From assembly GCA_026914245.1 (NCBI GenBank), contig CP110439.1, forward strand, positions 7,626,001 to 7,690,000: 64,000 bases of DNA, in the 5' to 3' direction. This DNA comes from Puccinia triticina. Lineage: Eukaryota. Position 1 is the first letter of the stretch; each line of letters opens with the position of its first letter. Below the pieces are notes generated by a model, which worked only from the letters and a program-made list of their open reading frames with translations, did not search any database and was not told where the DNA came from. Position numbers and translations under genes: made by a program. Of the stretch, positions 1 through 12,135 are shown one piece after another.

Positions 1-54
1 CAAGTAAATAGTCAAATATGGTGGATCAAGGGAGACAAGAAATCCCTGGTGGCT

Positions 55-1342
55 TCAAGGCATCCAATCCAAATCTTTGTTGCTCATGTCGTGAAAGTTG
101 ATCGCCCCGAGACGATTGCCGGCCATTTTGACCGAATACAATGGATGACGATCCCCATCGCAGGAGGGCAAAGGAGTAATCCAATTGCGATCGACGGATT
201 GGCCATCGAAGCTATCTTCCATCAACGGAGTTTCTTTGATGGTTTGAATTGCTTGCTTGTTCTTTTGATTGCTATGGACAAGGATGGGCACTTGGCTCAA
301 CACGTTCTGGTAGCGACGTCTGGCAAACCGTTTGGTCTGGTTTTGTGGGCCCCGGGAGAGGTCCAAAGGCGGAGGACCAGGAGTGGGATGCTGCTGTCTT
401 TTGGGTAAGAGCTCGCTGAGTGGATCGCATTCTACTTTCACTGGAGTCGGGCTAAGGGAATGTGATTGAGGGATCTGAGCAGGGATCCTCACAAGAGGTG
501 CAAGGAGAGCTTTGGGTGTCTCAGCCAAAGTTGGTTCCGGTTTTGGCAGGCCAGTGGAAAAGCGAGGCAAACCAGTCGGACCGACATCGGCGGCTCTGCT
601 CTTCAACTCAGAGAGCATTTTCCGGGATTGTTCAAGGATCTTGGGAGGCAGTGAGGTTTCGAGTTCAGGGGGTACTGCGAGAGGCGGGCCGATGAGACCA
701 GCCAGCCAACGGTTGTGTAGCCAGAGCCGTTTGTTGATCTGCCTGGCCTCATGCAGCATTCCCATGTGTGCTGCTTTGGGTGGTGTGGGCGATAGGAGCT
801 CGGGTGGAAGGTCAGACCAGGTATTGGTGATCAGCGTGCCTGGGGGAATCGATCTCAGAAGAGCTCGGCTCCGTCGTCGGGATGGACTGAGCTGGTTTGC
901 CGTCACGGATGTTCTTGAGAGCACTGGCGAGGATCTTTTGGCTGTTTTTGTACACGAGAGAGACCGTGTTCTCTTCGACCTGACCAATAGTCTTGTCTAC
1001 TAGATGGGAGTTCACAGAGAGTTGGTTGAAGCGAGGCAGGACTTTATCCAGTTTTGCCTGGGCTTCATCGTAAAAGTTCTTGGCAGCCTCCATGTTCGTC
1101 GCGGTGATCGTTTGGAGATCTCGCAAGAGGTTGCGGGTCTAAGTCTGCGCAGGTTGGAGCTTGGAGATCGACCGGCGAAGGAAGACGAAAGAGGAGAGCG
1201 AGCGTTGTAAGTGGTCAAATGGCTCGACTTCAGTCAAGATCTCTTGGTCACTGGATGATGAGGCCTTTGATGGGTCAATCAAACCGAGGGGCGGCGTCGA
1301 GCGGGAACCAATGGTAAAGCATGCCCTGGTAGAGGCTCTCAC
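55..1342 (-). pseudogene. Decayed gene of unknown function (coiled-coil plus Pro-rich region), probably transposon cargo
   Basis: ORFs 1139-1342 and 812-1126 share a frame separated by a stop; 55-987 is in a different frame. Composition is protein-like but no domain is recognised. Confidence 0.4.
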
Positions 1343-1608
1343 AAATCAGCCAATGCGGATGCTCAGCCAATTCCCCCCTGGTGGGAAGCTTGAGTCTGTC
1401 CGCTTGGCTCCGCAAGTCCACTGATCACTCGAAACAATTGTATAATTATTTTACTAAGCTGATATTGCACGGGTAAGTACAGATCTGTATTACAGAAGGA
1501 TGGTAATAGGTTAGATTGGTGGATAAGATCAAAATAAAGAGAAACCTGACTTGTAGATTTAGGTGTTTAAACAATGTTGGGTTAATTAGAAGTAATTGTG
1601 GAATGTAC

Positions 1609-2960
1609 TCATTTTTTGATATCTAAGAACTTGTGGACATTATCCTTCAACTGGGCAATTATCCCATTGGATAAGCCCCATCTACTCATGCACTCATGCG
1701 TGATGTTTTTGGACAAGAAGAATCAAGGAGGGGTGATATCGTTGTTGTCCAGCAACTTAAGGACACCTTCTTTCTTAGAAGGGTTGATCTTGACAAACTC
1801 AACGTACTCTTGGACAAAAGCGGGATCCGGGTTTATGATTGAATCGTCGGGATTGCATGAGGGGCTACAACCACGATCCGCCGTGATTTTGTTGGTTTTT
1901 TGCTTTTTTTCGATAAGTGTTCAAACTTAAATTCTCCAGGAGGTGTGTGCATTGACACTCCGGTCACGTTGTCCATCTAAAACAGATCATCTTACGGATT
2001 CAGATTGTAGATCATCTCAAGCTAGAAAGAAAAAAAAACTCACAATGGCTTTGGCCCATTTCTGGATCATGGGGGTCTTCAGGGCGATGAATCGGTTAGG
2101 ATCGGCGGGATCGATGAAGACGGGAAGCACACCCGCATACTTGCTGTTGGGCTTGTGGAGTTCATAAAGCTTGTTCATGATGCAGTTGAGCGCACGGAAG
2201 TTTCCTGCCGGCACCTCAATTACGTCACCGCTAGGACCAGCATTGTTGGGTGCTTTGCGCGTTGAAGTGGCATCCTTGGCGGCCTGCTTGGTCAAGACAT
2301 GTTCTTGAACCTCGTTTGCCGCTGCAAGTCGTTTGGCGGATTCAGTTGGATTTTCCATCTTGAGCTCCAACCATGCGTCAGTCTGATCACTTCTGGTTTT
2401 CACGACCGTCGCTATCCAGTGGGCATAGGATGCTTCGTTGTTGACTGTATACCGTGCCGCTTGTTTGAATTCATTTGCTTTGTGGACGTTCATGATTACT
2501 ACCCAGTCAAGATGGGGAAAGCCAGTTTCAAGCGCATCTTCGATGATCTTCCCAGCGTTTGCAAATTGCTTATCGCATGCGTCGGCCACGGCTTTTTGGA
2601 AGGCATCAAAATTCATTGATTCCACCATGATTTCAAACGGGAACTTTTTGCCGGACGGAATTGGTTTCCAGGTGGGCTTCGTCTATCCCTGGTTCTTTTG
2701 ATAATAGAGTTTGAACGATGTTGTGCAGCTGATTATTTGAGCCTTCAAAAAGATACACACAAGAAATCAACTTCCGGGCTACTGCTAGCAGTTGTGAGGA
2801 GCCCGACAAAGAGGATAACTCACAAGATTTCCGGGCGCTGGCAGTGGGCCGATCCCACGAATACGGTACTGCTTGGTTCTTGTAAGGTATCCGGGTGGCG
2901 GATCCTCTCGGTTGAAGAGATCAATACCAAAGCGCAACATTCTTCAATCTGGAAATCGTG
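1609..2960 (-). pseudogene. Rust-type transposon-associated accessory protein (VFIDP..RFIAL..MIQKWAKAI, C-terminal helical/SAM-like segment), probably frameshifted
   Basis: ORF 2017-2628 ends at a GTGAGT donor. The last exon reads VQEYVEFVKINPSKKEGVLKLLDNNDIT, then shifts frame to FFLSKNITHECMSRWGLSNGIIAQLKDNVHKFLDIKK* with the stop at 1609. The 5' end is uncertain. Confidence 0.45.
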
Positions 2961-3433
2961 AGCAAAGGAAAGCTGAACGGATTTTGATGGGATGGTTGAG
3001 GGGACTCACCTTGACCGTTGCAGGCAACCAATCCTGCTTCCATTGGCTGTGACCTGCTGTGACCGAGTATTGGTGATTAGCAGTGAAGTTCAGACATGAG
3101 CTTCACAATAAAATCTGGATCCCTAAGCCCATGATTTTGAGTGCACAGCCGTTCACAGCTTGAAGATCCGTCCAAGCATTCTTGGAAACACAATATGTAC
3201 ATATTTACAATGTATTTGATGGTCCAAGGACCAGGGAAGGGAGTGCAGAATCCGAGGCAAAAAAATAGGGGGGAGCCGTTTTTCCAAACTGAGGAAAATG
3301 GCCTGTTTTCCCCGGATTATGCGGTTGACAAATAAGCGCTATGGTACTCCGGATTCTGGGCCGCTTGGATTTCACAGAAAGTTGTGAATCCCGGGCAAGA
3401 TCCTTGGAATCCGCGGGCTATGGTACAGGCCCT

Positions 3434-3490
3434 AAGCCTCTCGAACGGAGGGTCCGGGGAAAGCCACCGGGAGGGCTCACAGGGAGAAAA
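3434..3490 (-). mobile_element. Relic of an AcademH-family right terminus (inverted), truncated at the neighbouring element
   Basis: AAGCCTCTCGAACGGAGGGTCCGGGG...GGAGGGCTC aligns with the reverse complement of the right ends at 11620-11693 and 17690-17760; the outer CTAGCTTAAC is missing. Confidence 0.6.
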
Positions 3491-3876
3491 ATGGCTGCAG
3501 ACTTGCAGACAAAGGAAGGATTCTCAATCCCAAAAGCACAGTTTATAAATCTACAAAGAAGTCTGAGTAGACAGGTTTCTTGGCAGTACTGATTGGCAAC
3601 CTCCCCTAAATGTTTGGAGCCAAATATTCAAAACTGATTGACAGAATCCATTGTGGAGGTCAAATGAACCCTGAAGGATATTCTGGTCTGATGGTCCATT
3701 TTTGGATTTTCTGCTAATTTCCAAGATTGAATGCCCTATCTGCAACAAAATAACAATTGAGTAGCTACAGTTGCACTTGGCATTCTGATGTACAGAGCTT
3801 CCCCCAAGACCTGGTTGAGCCATGCGGAGGAAAACCCTACCCAGCTCAGGGGTCCAGCATAATAAGCAATACAAGT

Positions 3877-4041
3877 CCTGGATACAGCAGACACGGCGCC
3901 GGTGAGTGGATGATGAGGTGGAAGGATTAGGAATTGCACATGTAGAAGAAAAAGGAAAACAAAAAGAAAGAAGGAAAAACATAAGACTCACCTGGAGACA
4001 GCAGACACGGCGCCGGTGAGTGGATGATGAGGTGGAAGGAT
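3877..4041. repeat. 51-bp direct repeat (3877-3927 and 3991-4041)
   Basis: CCTGGA(T/G)ACAGCAGACACGGCGCCGGTGAGTGGATGATGAGGTGGAAGGAT occurs twice with one mismatch. Confidence 0.85.
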
Positions 4042-4310
4042 GAGGAAAGGGAATCCTTCCACGTCTGCTGCCTCCAGTACACTACATGACCATGTGACAT
4101 ACAAGTGAACTGAGAGAAATAAAGTGACATGTCTAAAGCACACAATATGAGATAGAAAATGAAATGACAGATCTCCAACTCAACACAGCACACCATGTAA
4201 GGGATCAAAAATGAGTGCTTCACTTGTCTGCCAGGGGAAACAGGCACCCTGGAAGTTGGAACAAACTTTTTTGTGATCAAAAACACTAAACTGGCATTGA
4301 TGGCAAGATC

Positions 4311-4410
4311 AAGTGAGGATTACTCGGATAAAGTGAGGATTACTTGGATAAAGTGAGGATTACTCGGATAAAGTGAGGATTACTCGGATAAAGTGAGGAT
4401 TACTCGGATA
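4311..4410. repeat. Tandem minisatellite, 5 x 20 bp (AAGTGAGGATTACTCGGATA)
   Basis: Read directly; one copy has TCG->TTG. Confidence 0.95.
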
Positions 4411-4540
4411 TTTATTTGCAATCAATGATTAGCAAGCTGAACATGTAGGTTCTACATGCTTGAGATTTCCAGTGTGATAATGAAGGATGGTTAGTGGGTA
4501 GAAATGAGCACTATCCACCTTCTTCAAGAATATTTATATC

Positions 4541-4864
4541 TAGGGATGGCACTTTGTACCCGGGTACCCAGACAAAATTTCACTAAAATCAGACACCTGC
4601 ACCCATGGAGTGGGTACCCGGGTGCAAATGGCGGGTACCTGGGTGCAAGAGCCAAGTACCCGCGGCCCGCGGGTACAATTGGGTCCCAAGACCTGATTGG
4701 GTCCTGAGGCCCAATGATTGGGTCCAACTGCTGTTAGTGCAACAGTCAGACAGGCGGGTACCTGGGTACCCGCCTGTCTGACTGCTGGAGAGGACGCACT
4801 CCCCTCGTCATCAAGAGGACCCAATCCCCTTATCATCGAGAGGATGCACTCCCCACGTCATTGA

Positions 4865-4897
<33 letters not shown>

Positions 4898-5291
4898 GTA
4901 CTCCTCTCAATGAAATTGAGGGGAGTACACACCTCAATCCCATCAAGGGGAGTTTTTACCCCCCTCAATGGCACCAATGGGAGTCCATCCCCCTCTGGAT
5001 GCCATCAAGGGAAATGTTAACTCCTCTTGATTGCGTCAAGAAGAGGACACGCTCCCCTGCCGGCCATTGAGAGGAGTAATTGATCCCCTCAATGGCCGTC
5101 CAAAGGTGGCTGCGTGCCGGAGTACCCGGCTCCCCGACTGGGGATGAGCAGTACTTAAGGGCGGTACCCCGGTACCGCACCGCTTTTTGCCAAAAAAACG
5201 GGCACCTGGCACCGCTGGGCGGGTGCGGGGCGGGTGCAGGCGGTGCCGGGTACCTTTTTAAAGTAAGTCTTTTATTTCTCTAGCCATCCCA
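4541..5291. mobile_element. Non-autonomous hAT-like MITE
   Basis: Termini TAGGGATGGC ... GCCATCCCA, many subterminal GGTACCC/GGGTAC motifs, internal CCTCAATG/CATTGAG repeats and a G30 tract at 4867-4896. No matching 8-bp TSD found. Confidence 0.55.
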
Positions 5292-8154
5292 CACCCTCTC
5301 CCTGTTTCATCCATTATCCATCAGTCTGCTAGACCTGGTAGTAACCACTCTACCAGTCTCCCATGCTACAGGTTGGTTTTATATCTGGTTTTATCATTAT
5401 CCCCTCACTCCCATACTATTTTCTCATTTGTTGGGTTACCACAGAAGAATTAACTGTTGGAGGGTGGGGTGGACAAACTCCACATTTGGAGGACATGGGG
5501 GACAAGAGGAGGTTGAGGTGGAGTAATACGCTCAAGGGTTTTTCCACCTACAGCATTAACCACCAACAGGAAGGCAGAATCTGATCTGTAACTTCATTTT
5601 CTCAGGGCTCCAGTGCAACACTCCAAAGCCAGTGACTGTACAATTTTATTTTTGCAAAGTGATCAAAGTTGGTCATGACAAAAAAGTCTGTGGTTAAGTG
5701 AAGGGTATGTGTTATTGAAGGGGGTTTTACCCAGAAAGTAGTGAATTGGTGGACCATTTTGGTATGGCTTACTAGAGAGTATGGTTCAGGCTCAGCACAA
5801 GTATGGGTTAGATCAGAGCTGACTGTAGCACACCAATCTTACAGGTTTTATGGTACATGTAGTACATATCCTCCCTCACATTTTTTTATTGCACACTAAC
5901 CCAATACGCAGAAAGAAGTACAGTCCAGGCCATGTGCATGGATGAATTAAAACATTTCTCATGAGTGAAGGCATAATTTTTGAAAAAAATGTCCAGATTC
6001 TGATTCTTTTGGTTACCCAAGATCTTCAATAGACACAAAGTAAGATGATTGGTTCTGTGATTGTAAACTATAACAATAAGGGTATGAGGACTGACTATTC
6101 CATTGGTGTATCTAGCACTGCCAAAAAACCCCAACTCAACTGGGCAAATTTTAAATCTGTAACCCATGATGCCCATACATAGTTTTAATGACATTGCCAT
6201 CCCCGCCTAAAGATGTCTGTCCATCCCTATGGATTGTGCCCAGTGAAGCTAAGCTGAAAGAAATTCTGAGTGACAAGTGATTACACTAACATCACTTACC
6301 TGAGTTATTTTTTCTTCAGAATTGTATAGTAACAATCAGATTACATGAATTTCTTGTGTCTAAATTATAACAGGTGATGGCCACAATCATTGCCAGATCT
6401 ATGTACATAGGTGGTGAGTGTGAAGTTACACACCTAAGTGAACAACCTCAATCTCATCAATTGAGAAAGAGGCCAGGATTGCACCCATGGATACAGGTAA
6501 GCAAAGCAAACCTTGTACCACAGTCAAAAACCGCTGCAGCCGGGCAGAAAACACTGATTACAGTTGCGAGGGGCATATTACTGTACGGCCTCGCCCGCAA
6601 AATCAGATCTGAGACGCAGGCCAAATTAAGCCCATGCATATGAAGGTTGTTTTTCCTAAGGAGTGATCCTGTTTGATCGTGTGCAACAGATTGGGATGAT
6701 GCATTAGTTCTCATCTGTATCTGCTTGACATCCAGGGACCCAGCCACTTACCTTTGGTGCTTGCTGTGGTTATTCTGCCTGCAAGTGACTGGTAGCCAGG
6801 ATTTGCCACAATCTTAATCTTCCTGCTTGCGTGAGTGGCACCTGCATGCATCCAAGGGATGTATGTACAGTTGCGAGGGGCATATTACTGTACAGATTAA
6901 ACCCCCGGGGGTCCCTGGTTCGGAATTTTGGGATCTGGGAGGAAAAAAAAACAACAGGAGATTCAGCCTACTTTGGCAGGATCTGACACTGATTTTCTGA
7001 ATGAGCAACCTCTTGGATGGTCTTGAGTCTCAAAGAGAAGCAGTTGGCAACAGCCGCGTGTGGATCAAAATTGTGTGAAGGGTGCTGAGAGGTGAAGAGG
7101 GCACTCAGACTCTGTAGCTATGGGCTGATGAGTGCTTGGACAGGCTTGGACCCCATGGCTATGGGTTTATGAGATCCATAGTCATGGAGTTACAGGTTAT
7201 AAACCCATAATTATGGGTTTATGGCATGTACTTAGCATTGGGTTTGTAATGTAGGGGCCAAAAAAAAAAAAAAAAAAAAAAAAACTGGCTGGTCAGAAAC
7301 CTTAGCCTGGATAGAACTAGAATCTACAGCCTCCAAAAGGCCCAAAACTATCACTTACATGTTATGGATAAGGAAACAAGTTTGTCCATCATCAGGTGTT
7401 CATCCTGATTTGATTTGCTAATTATTCAATGGGATTATAATTAATGGTACTTACACATATGTAAAGCTCATCTTCCTAGGCCTCAAAATCATCATCATCA
7501 TGACCAAAAAAACAAACAAAAGAAAACATGAAAGAAAGCAAAGGATTTGGTTGGTTGTCTCTTGTGGGTGTTTTTGATAAAAAAGAAAGAGAAGAAGGAG
7601 GGTACAAATGAATGAAAAGGGGGAAGGGTGGTTGGAGAAAACCTGGCCTGGGTATTAGAGATTGGAGTGTAGGGCAAAGACATGGGTCTTTTTTCAATAA
7701 CAAAAAAAGGAAACAAAAGTTCAAAAACACCTGGCTGACAAAAAAACATTTGAAAAAAGTGGGATGTTGTTGGTTCATTTAGTTTGTTTTGTCTTGAAAA
7801 AAGGAGAAAAAAATGGGATCCATCAAACAAAACAAAAAAGAAATGATCCATCTCAAAGTAAGAACAAAAATCAGATTTTTTTGGTGTCTTTGTGTGTGTG
7901 AAGGGAGAAAAGGGATGTGTGTGATAAATACGTGATGTGATCAGATGATGATGATAATTAGATACTAGTCAAAAAAGGGGTCATGTGAGAGAGGCAGAGA
8001 GAACATGAGGCCGGGGTTATTTTCTTTTGTGGGATGTCTGGACGGAGGGAGGGGAGGTTTTGAGGGAGTGAGTTTGGGGGACACGAGTGGAGGGTGAAAA
8101 GAGAGAGTCCATAGGGGCCAGGAGGAACGGGGGCCGGGGGAGCGACAGGGTCGG

Positions 8155-9700
<1,546 letters not shown>

Positions 9701-11155
9701 CGTCGCTCGGGTGGGGGGAGGGAGGGAGTGAGGTGATGTGGGCTACAGAGGCATCTTATAAGCAGCAGGCGGCGCTGGTCGTATCGTGCAGCATAAAAAT
9801 ATGTATGTATCTGTCTAAATAATATTCTAAAAAAAGTTCTATGGAGTGTTCCTGGTGGAGTTGGCCTGTTGACCGGTCTGGATGCGAACAGCCGAAACCC
9901 ACCACGGCCATTTCACAACCCGCACAGCAGCCTGTCACGCGCCCGCTCCCCGAACAGCGCCAAGCCAGCCCCCGGTCCGACTAGCCCTCCCTGCAGGAAC
10001 CATCCTCCGGCTAGACTGGCAACCACCTCATGCACAGGCTTTGTTTGCTTGCCAAACACGCTCGAGTCGACCAGAACGAGCCGGGGATTCGTGGGATGGC
10101 TTGCTCTGATCTCGGATGTGTCTGCCTGCACATGACCGCATTTGTATATGCATATTTACATCCCTCTTCAAACTTTGCAAATCTGTATCATGCCTGAGAG
10201 GACGCGGTGGACATTGCAAACGATACTTTAGAACCCCGGCCCCATAGGAAAACCGAGTTCTGTTTTAGGGAAGGCTTCTACTATCACAGTGAGTTCTACA
10301 ATACATATTATTGACCTCATCATCCAAAAGAAGTCTTTCAGGTTGATTATACAAACATGCAAACATGAAATTCCGAATGCTTTTGGCTGTGATTATCTAA
10401 GGAAGCCTAAATCCCAGCCACAATTCATACAGGATTGTTTTAGGAACTTGAGTATATTACATCACCTTTCCAACCTAATCTTGAGTTTTAAACTGTAATT
10501 CATCGTCAGTATTCATATCCAGGTCCAAGAAGCTAACCTGCTAAGTAAATCCAGTGATTTGTTCTGAGAGTTTGCTCGAGGCACCCAAGTGCTCAGCAAA
10601 GCTTTTTGATGTTGTAGACCTCAGCTATTTAGTTCCCTCTTGGTATCAATTCCATGCTGCTCAATTGGCCATGATAGTTAATTGGGAGCTGATTCAGAGT
10701 TAAATCCATTCATCAACTAAATCTTCCCCTGCATTATCACTTAGAATTATATCTCAATTTCTTGATACTGTTGGGTATCAATCATGTCAAATGATTCAAA
10801 AACATTTATCCAAAATATGGTTTGATTTTGGATTGGGATTGGTAGACACTATTGATTTCCCAAGTAGATGGTCAATTAGAGCGTCTGTGTCCTTATCAAG
10901 AAGATAAGATTGTTCCTCTGGGGTCTGATTCTAGGAGGGTATCATCAGCAGCAAACCTGATGTAAAATTTGATGGAGCAATGACTGGTGTCTGCTTCGGA
11001 GCCGAGCTTCAGAAACAGCCTTTGATCTGTTGGTGTGCGCTGAAGTGCCGTCCTCTTCACAGTTTGGTGGGAACCTAACTTAACACAAGTCCCCCCTGGT
11101 GGGAGGCTCGCTGTGTAGCACTGGCTGGCGGCGAAGCCGCCCCTCCCGCAGGGAG

Positions 11156-11693
11156 CTAACTTAACACAAGTCCCCCCTGGTGGGAGCGCTGTGGCTGGCG
11201 GCAAAGCCGCCCCTCCCGCAGGGAGGGACTTGCGCATTATCCCAAATTTTACGCGGGAGCAGAAAGTTCATTTGGCTGAAAGGTTTTTAAAATTTTTATA
11301 GCTCCTCCCCCAGCCTCTCCACCAATATGCCCTATCTGTACCCTATGCTACTTTTCTTTCTCTACAATTTGGTCTACTCAGTTTTTTTCTATCCCAATCT
11401 GTTGACCTTTTCAAAAGATCAAAAATGCACAAGTCTTCCAAATGAGGCTCCACTTGTTTGGGACTCCAGGATTTGTTTTTCTGGCTACAAGATAAATGAG
11501 TGGCTCAAATTCCTTGCAAGAACAGAACCTACAACTCTGTGTATTCAGTTTTTCTATATTGGTTGGGATTTTTAGTGTAGCAGATCCTTTCTGCTCCTGC
11601 TTAAATCAAGACATAACTCATAAGCCTCTCCTGCGGAGAGCCCTCCGGGCGGGGTCCCCTGGAACCTCCGCTCGAGAGGCTTTGTTAAGCTAG
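11156..11693 (+). mobile_element. Non-autonomous AcademH derivative (538 bp) nested in the left end of the autonomous element
   Basis: Same CTAACTTAACA / TGTTAAGCTAG termini; perfect 9-bp TSD CGCAGGGAG at 11147-11155 and 11694-11702. Confidence 0.93.
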
Positions 11694-12135
11694 CGCAGGG
11701 AGGGACTTGTGTATTATCGCAAAATTTAAGCGGGAGCAGGAAGTTGGTTTGGCTGGGAGGTTTTTAAATTTTTTATAGCTCCTCTACCAGCCTCTCCACA
11801 GGCCAGATCCACGTGCGTCCTGTGCTACATTTTTGTCCCTACAATTTGGCATCCTCCGATTATCTCTTTCGCCATCCGTTGGCTTTTTATAATTTTTCAA
11901 AAAAGAGCCATGTTGAAGTTTTCGAAGTGGGGATCCACCACGGATTCACAAGCCTGATGCACTTGTCAATCCTGTGGATCTATGTATACATAAGCCATCA
12001 ACCGTGCAGATCATCTTATCACCTGGTTTTACGTGAGACCATCACCACATCACCGCCGGAGTTTTGCCATCCATTGCCATCAAAACTCATCAAGACCAAC
12101 AGCTATCCAAATCTATCCTACTTCGCGAAAACACT

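Larger units (their letters stand above)
1..3432 (-). mobile_element. Candidate PIF/Harbinger-like DNA transposon, right-hand portion (other end lies outside the window)
   Basis: Ends in ...GGTACAGGCCC at 3432 followed by TAA, i.e. a GGGCC terminus with a TAA/TTA target as in PIF/Harbinger. Subterminal GGATT/AATCC motifs occur at 3100-3420, and it carries two decayed minus-strand genes. No DDE transposase is visible in the window. Confidence 0.4.

Noticed and set aside
7260..7284. Poly(A) tract as a retroposon tail
   Set aside because: No TSD or defined 5' boundary found.
10820..10890. Integrase-like peptide PQVDGQLERL
   Set aside because: Too short and surrounded by stops; no supporting retroelement domains recognised.
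11620..11693. Helitron 3' end (hairpin followed by CTAG), also at 17690-17760
   Set aside because: There is a matching inverted 5' terminus and a 9-bp TSD, and the element encodes a DDE-type transposase and an SF2 helicase rather than a HUH-Rep/PIF1 protein.
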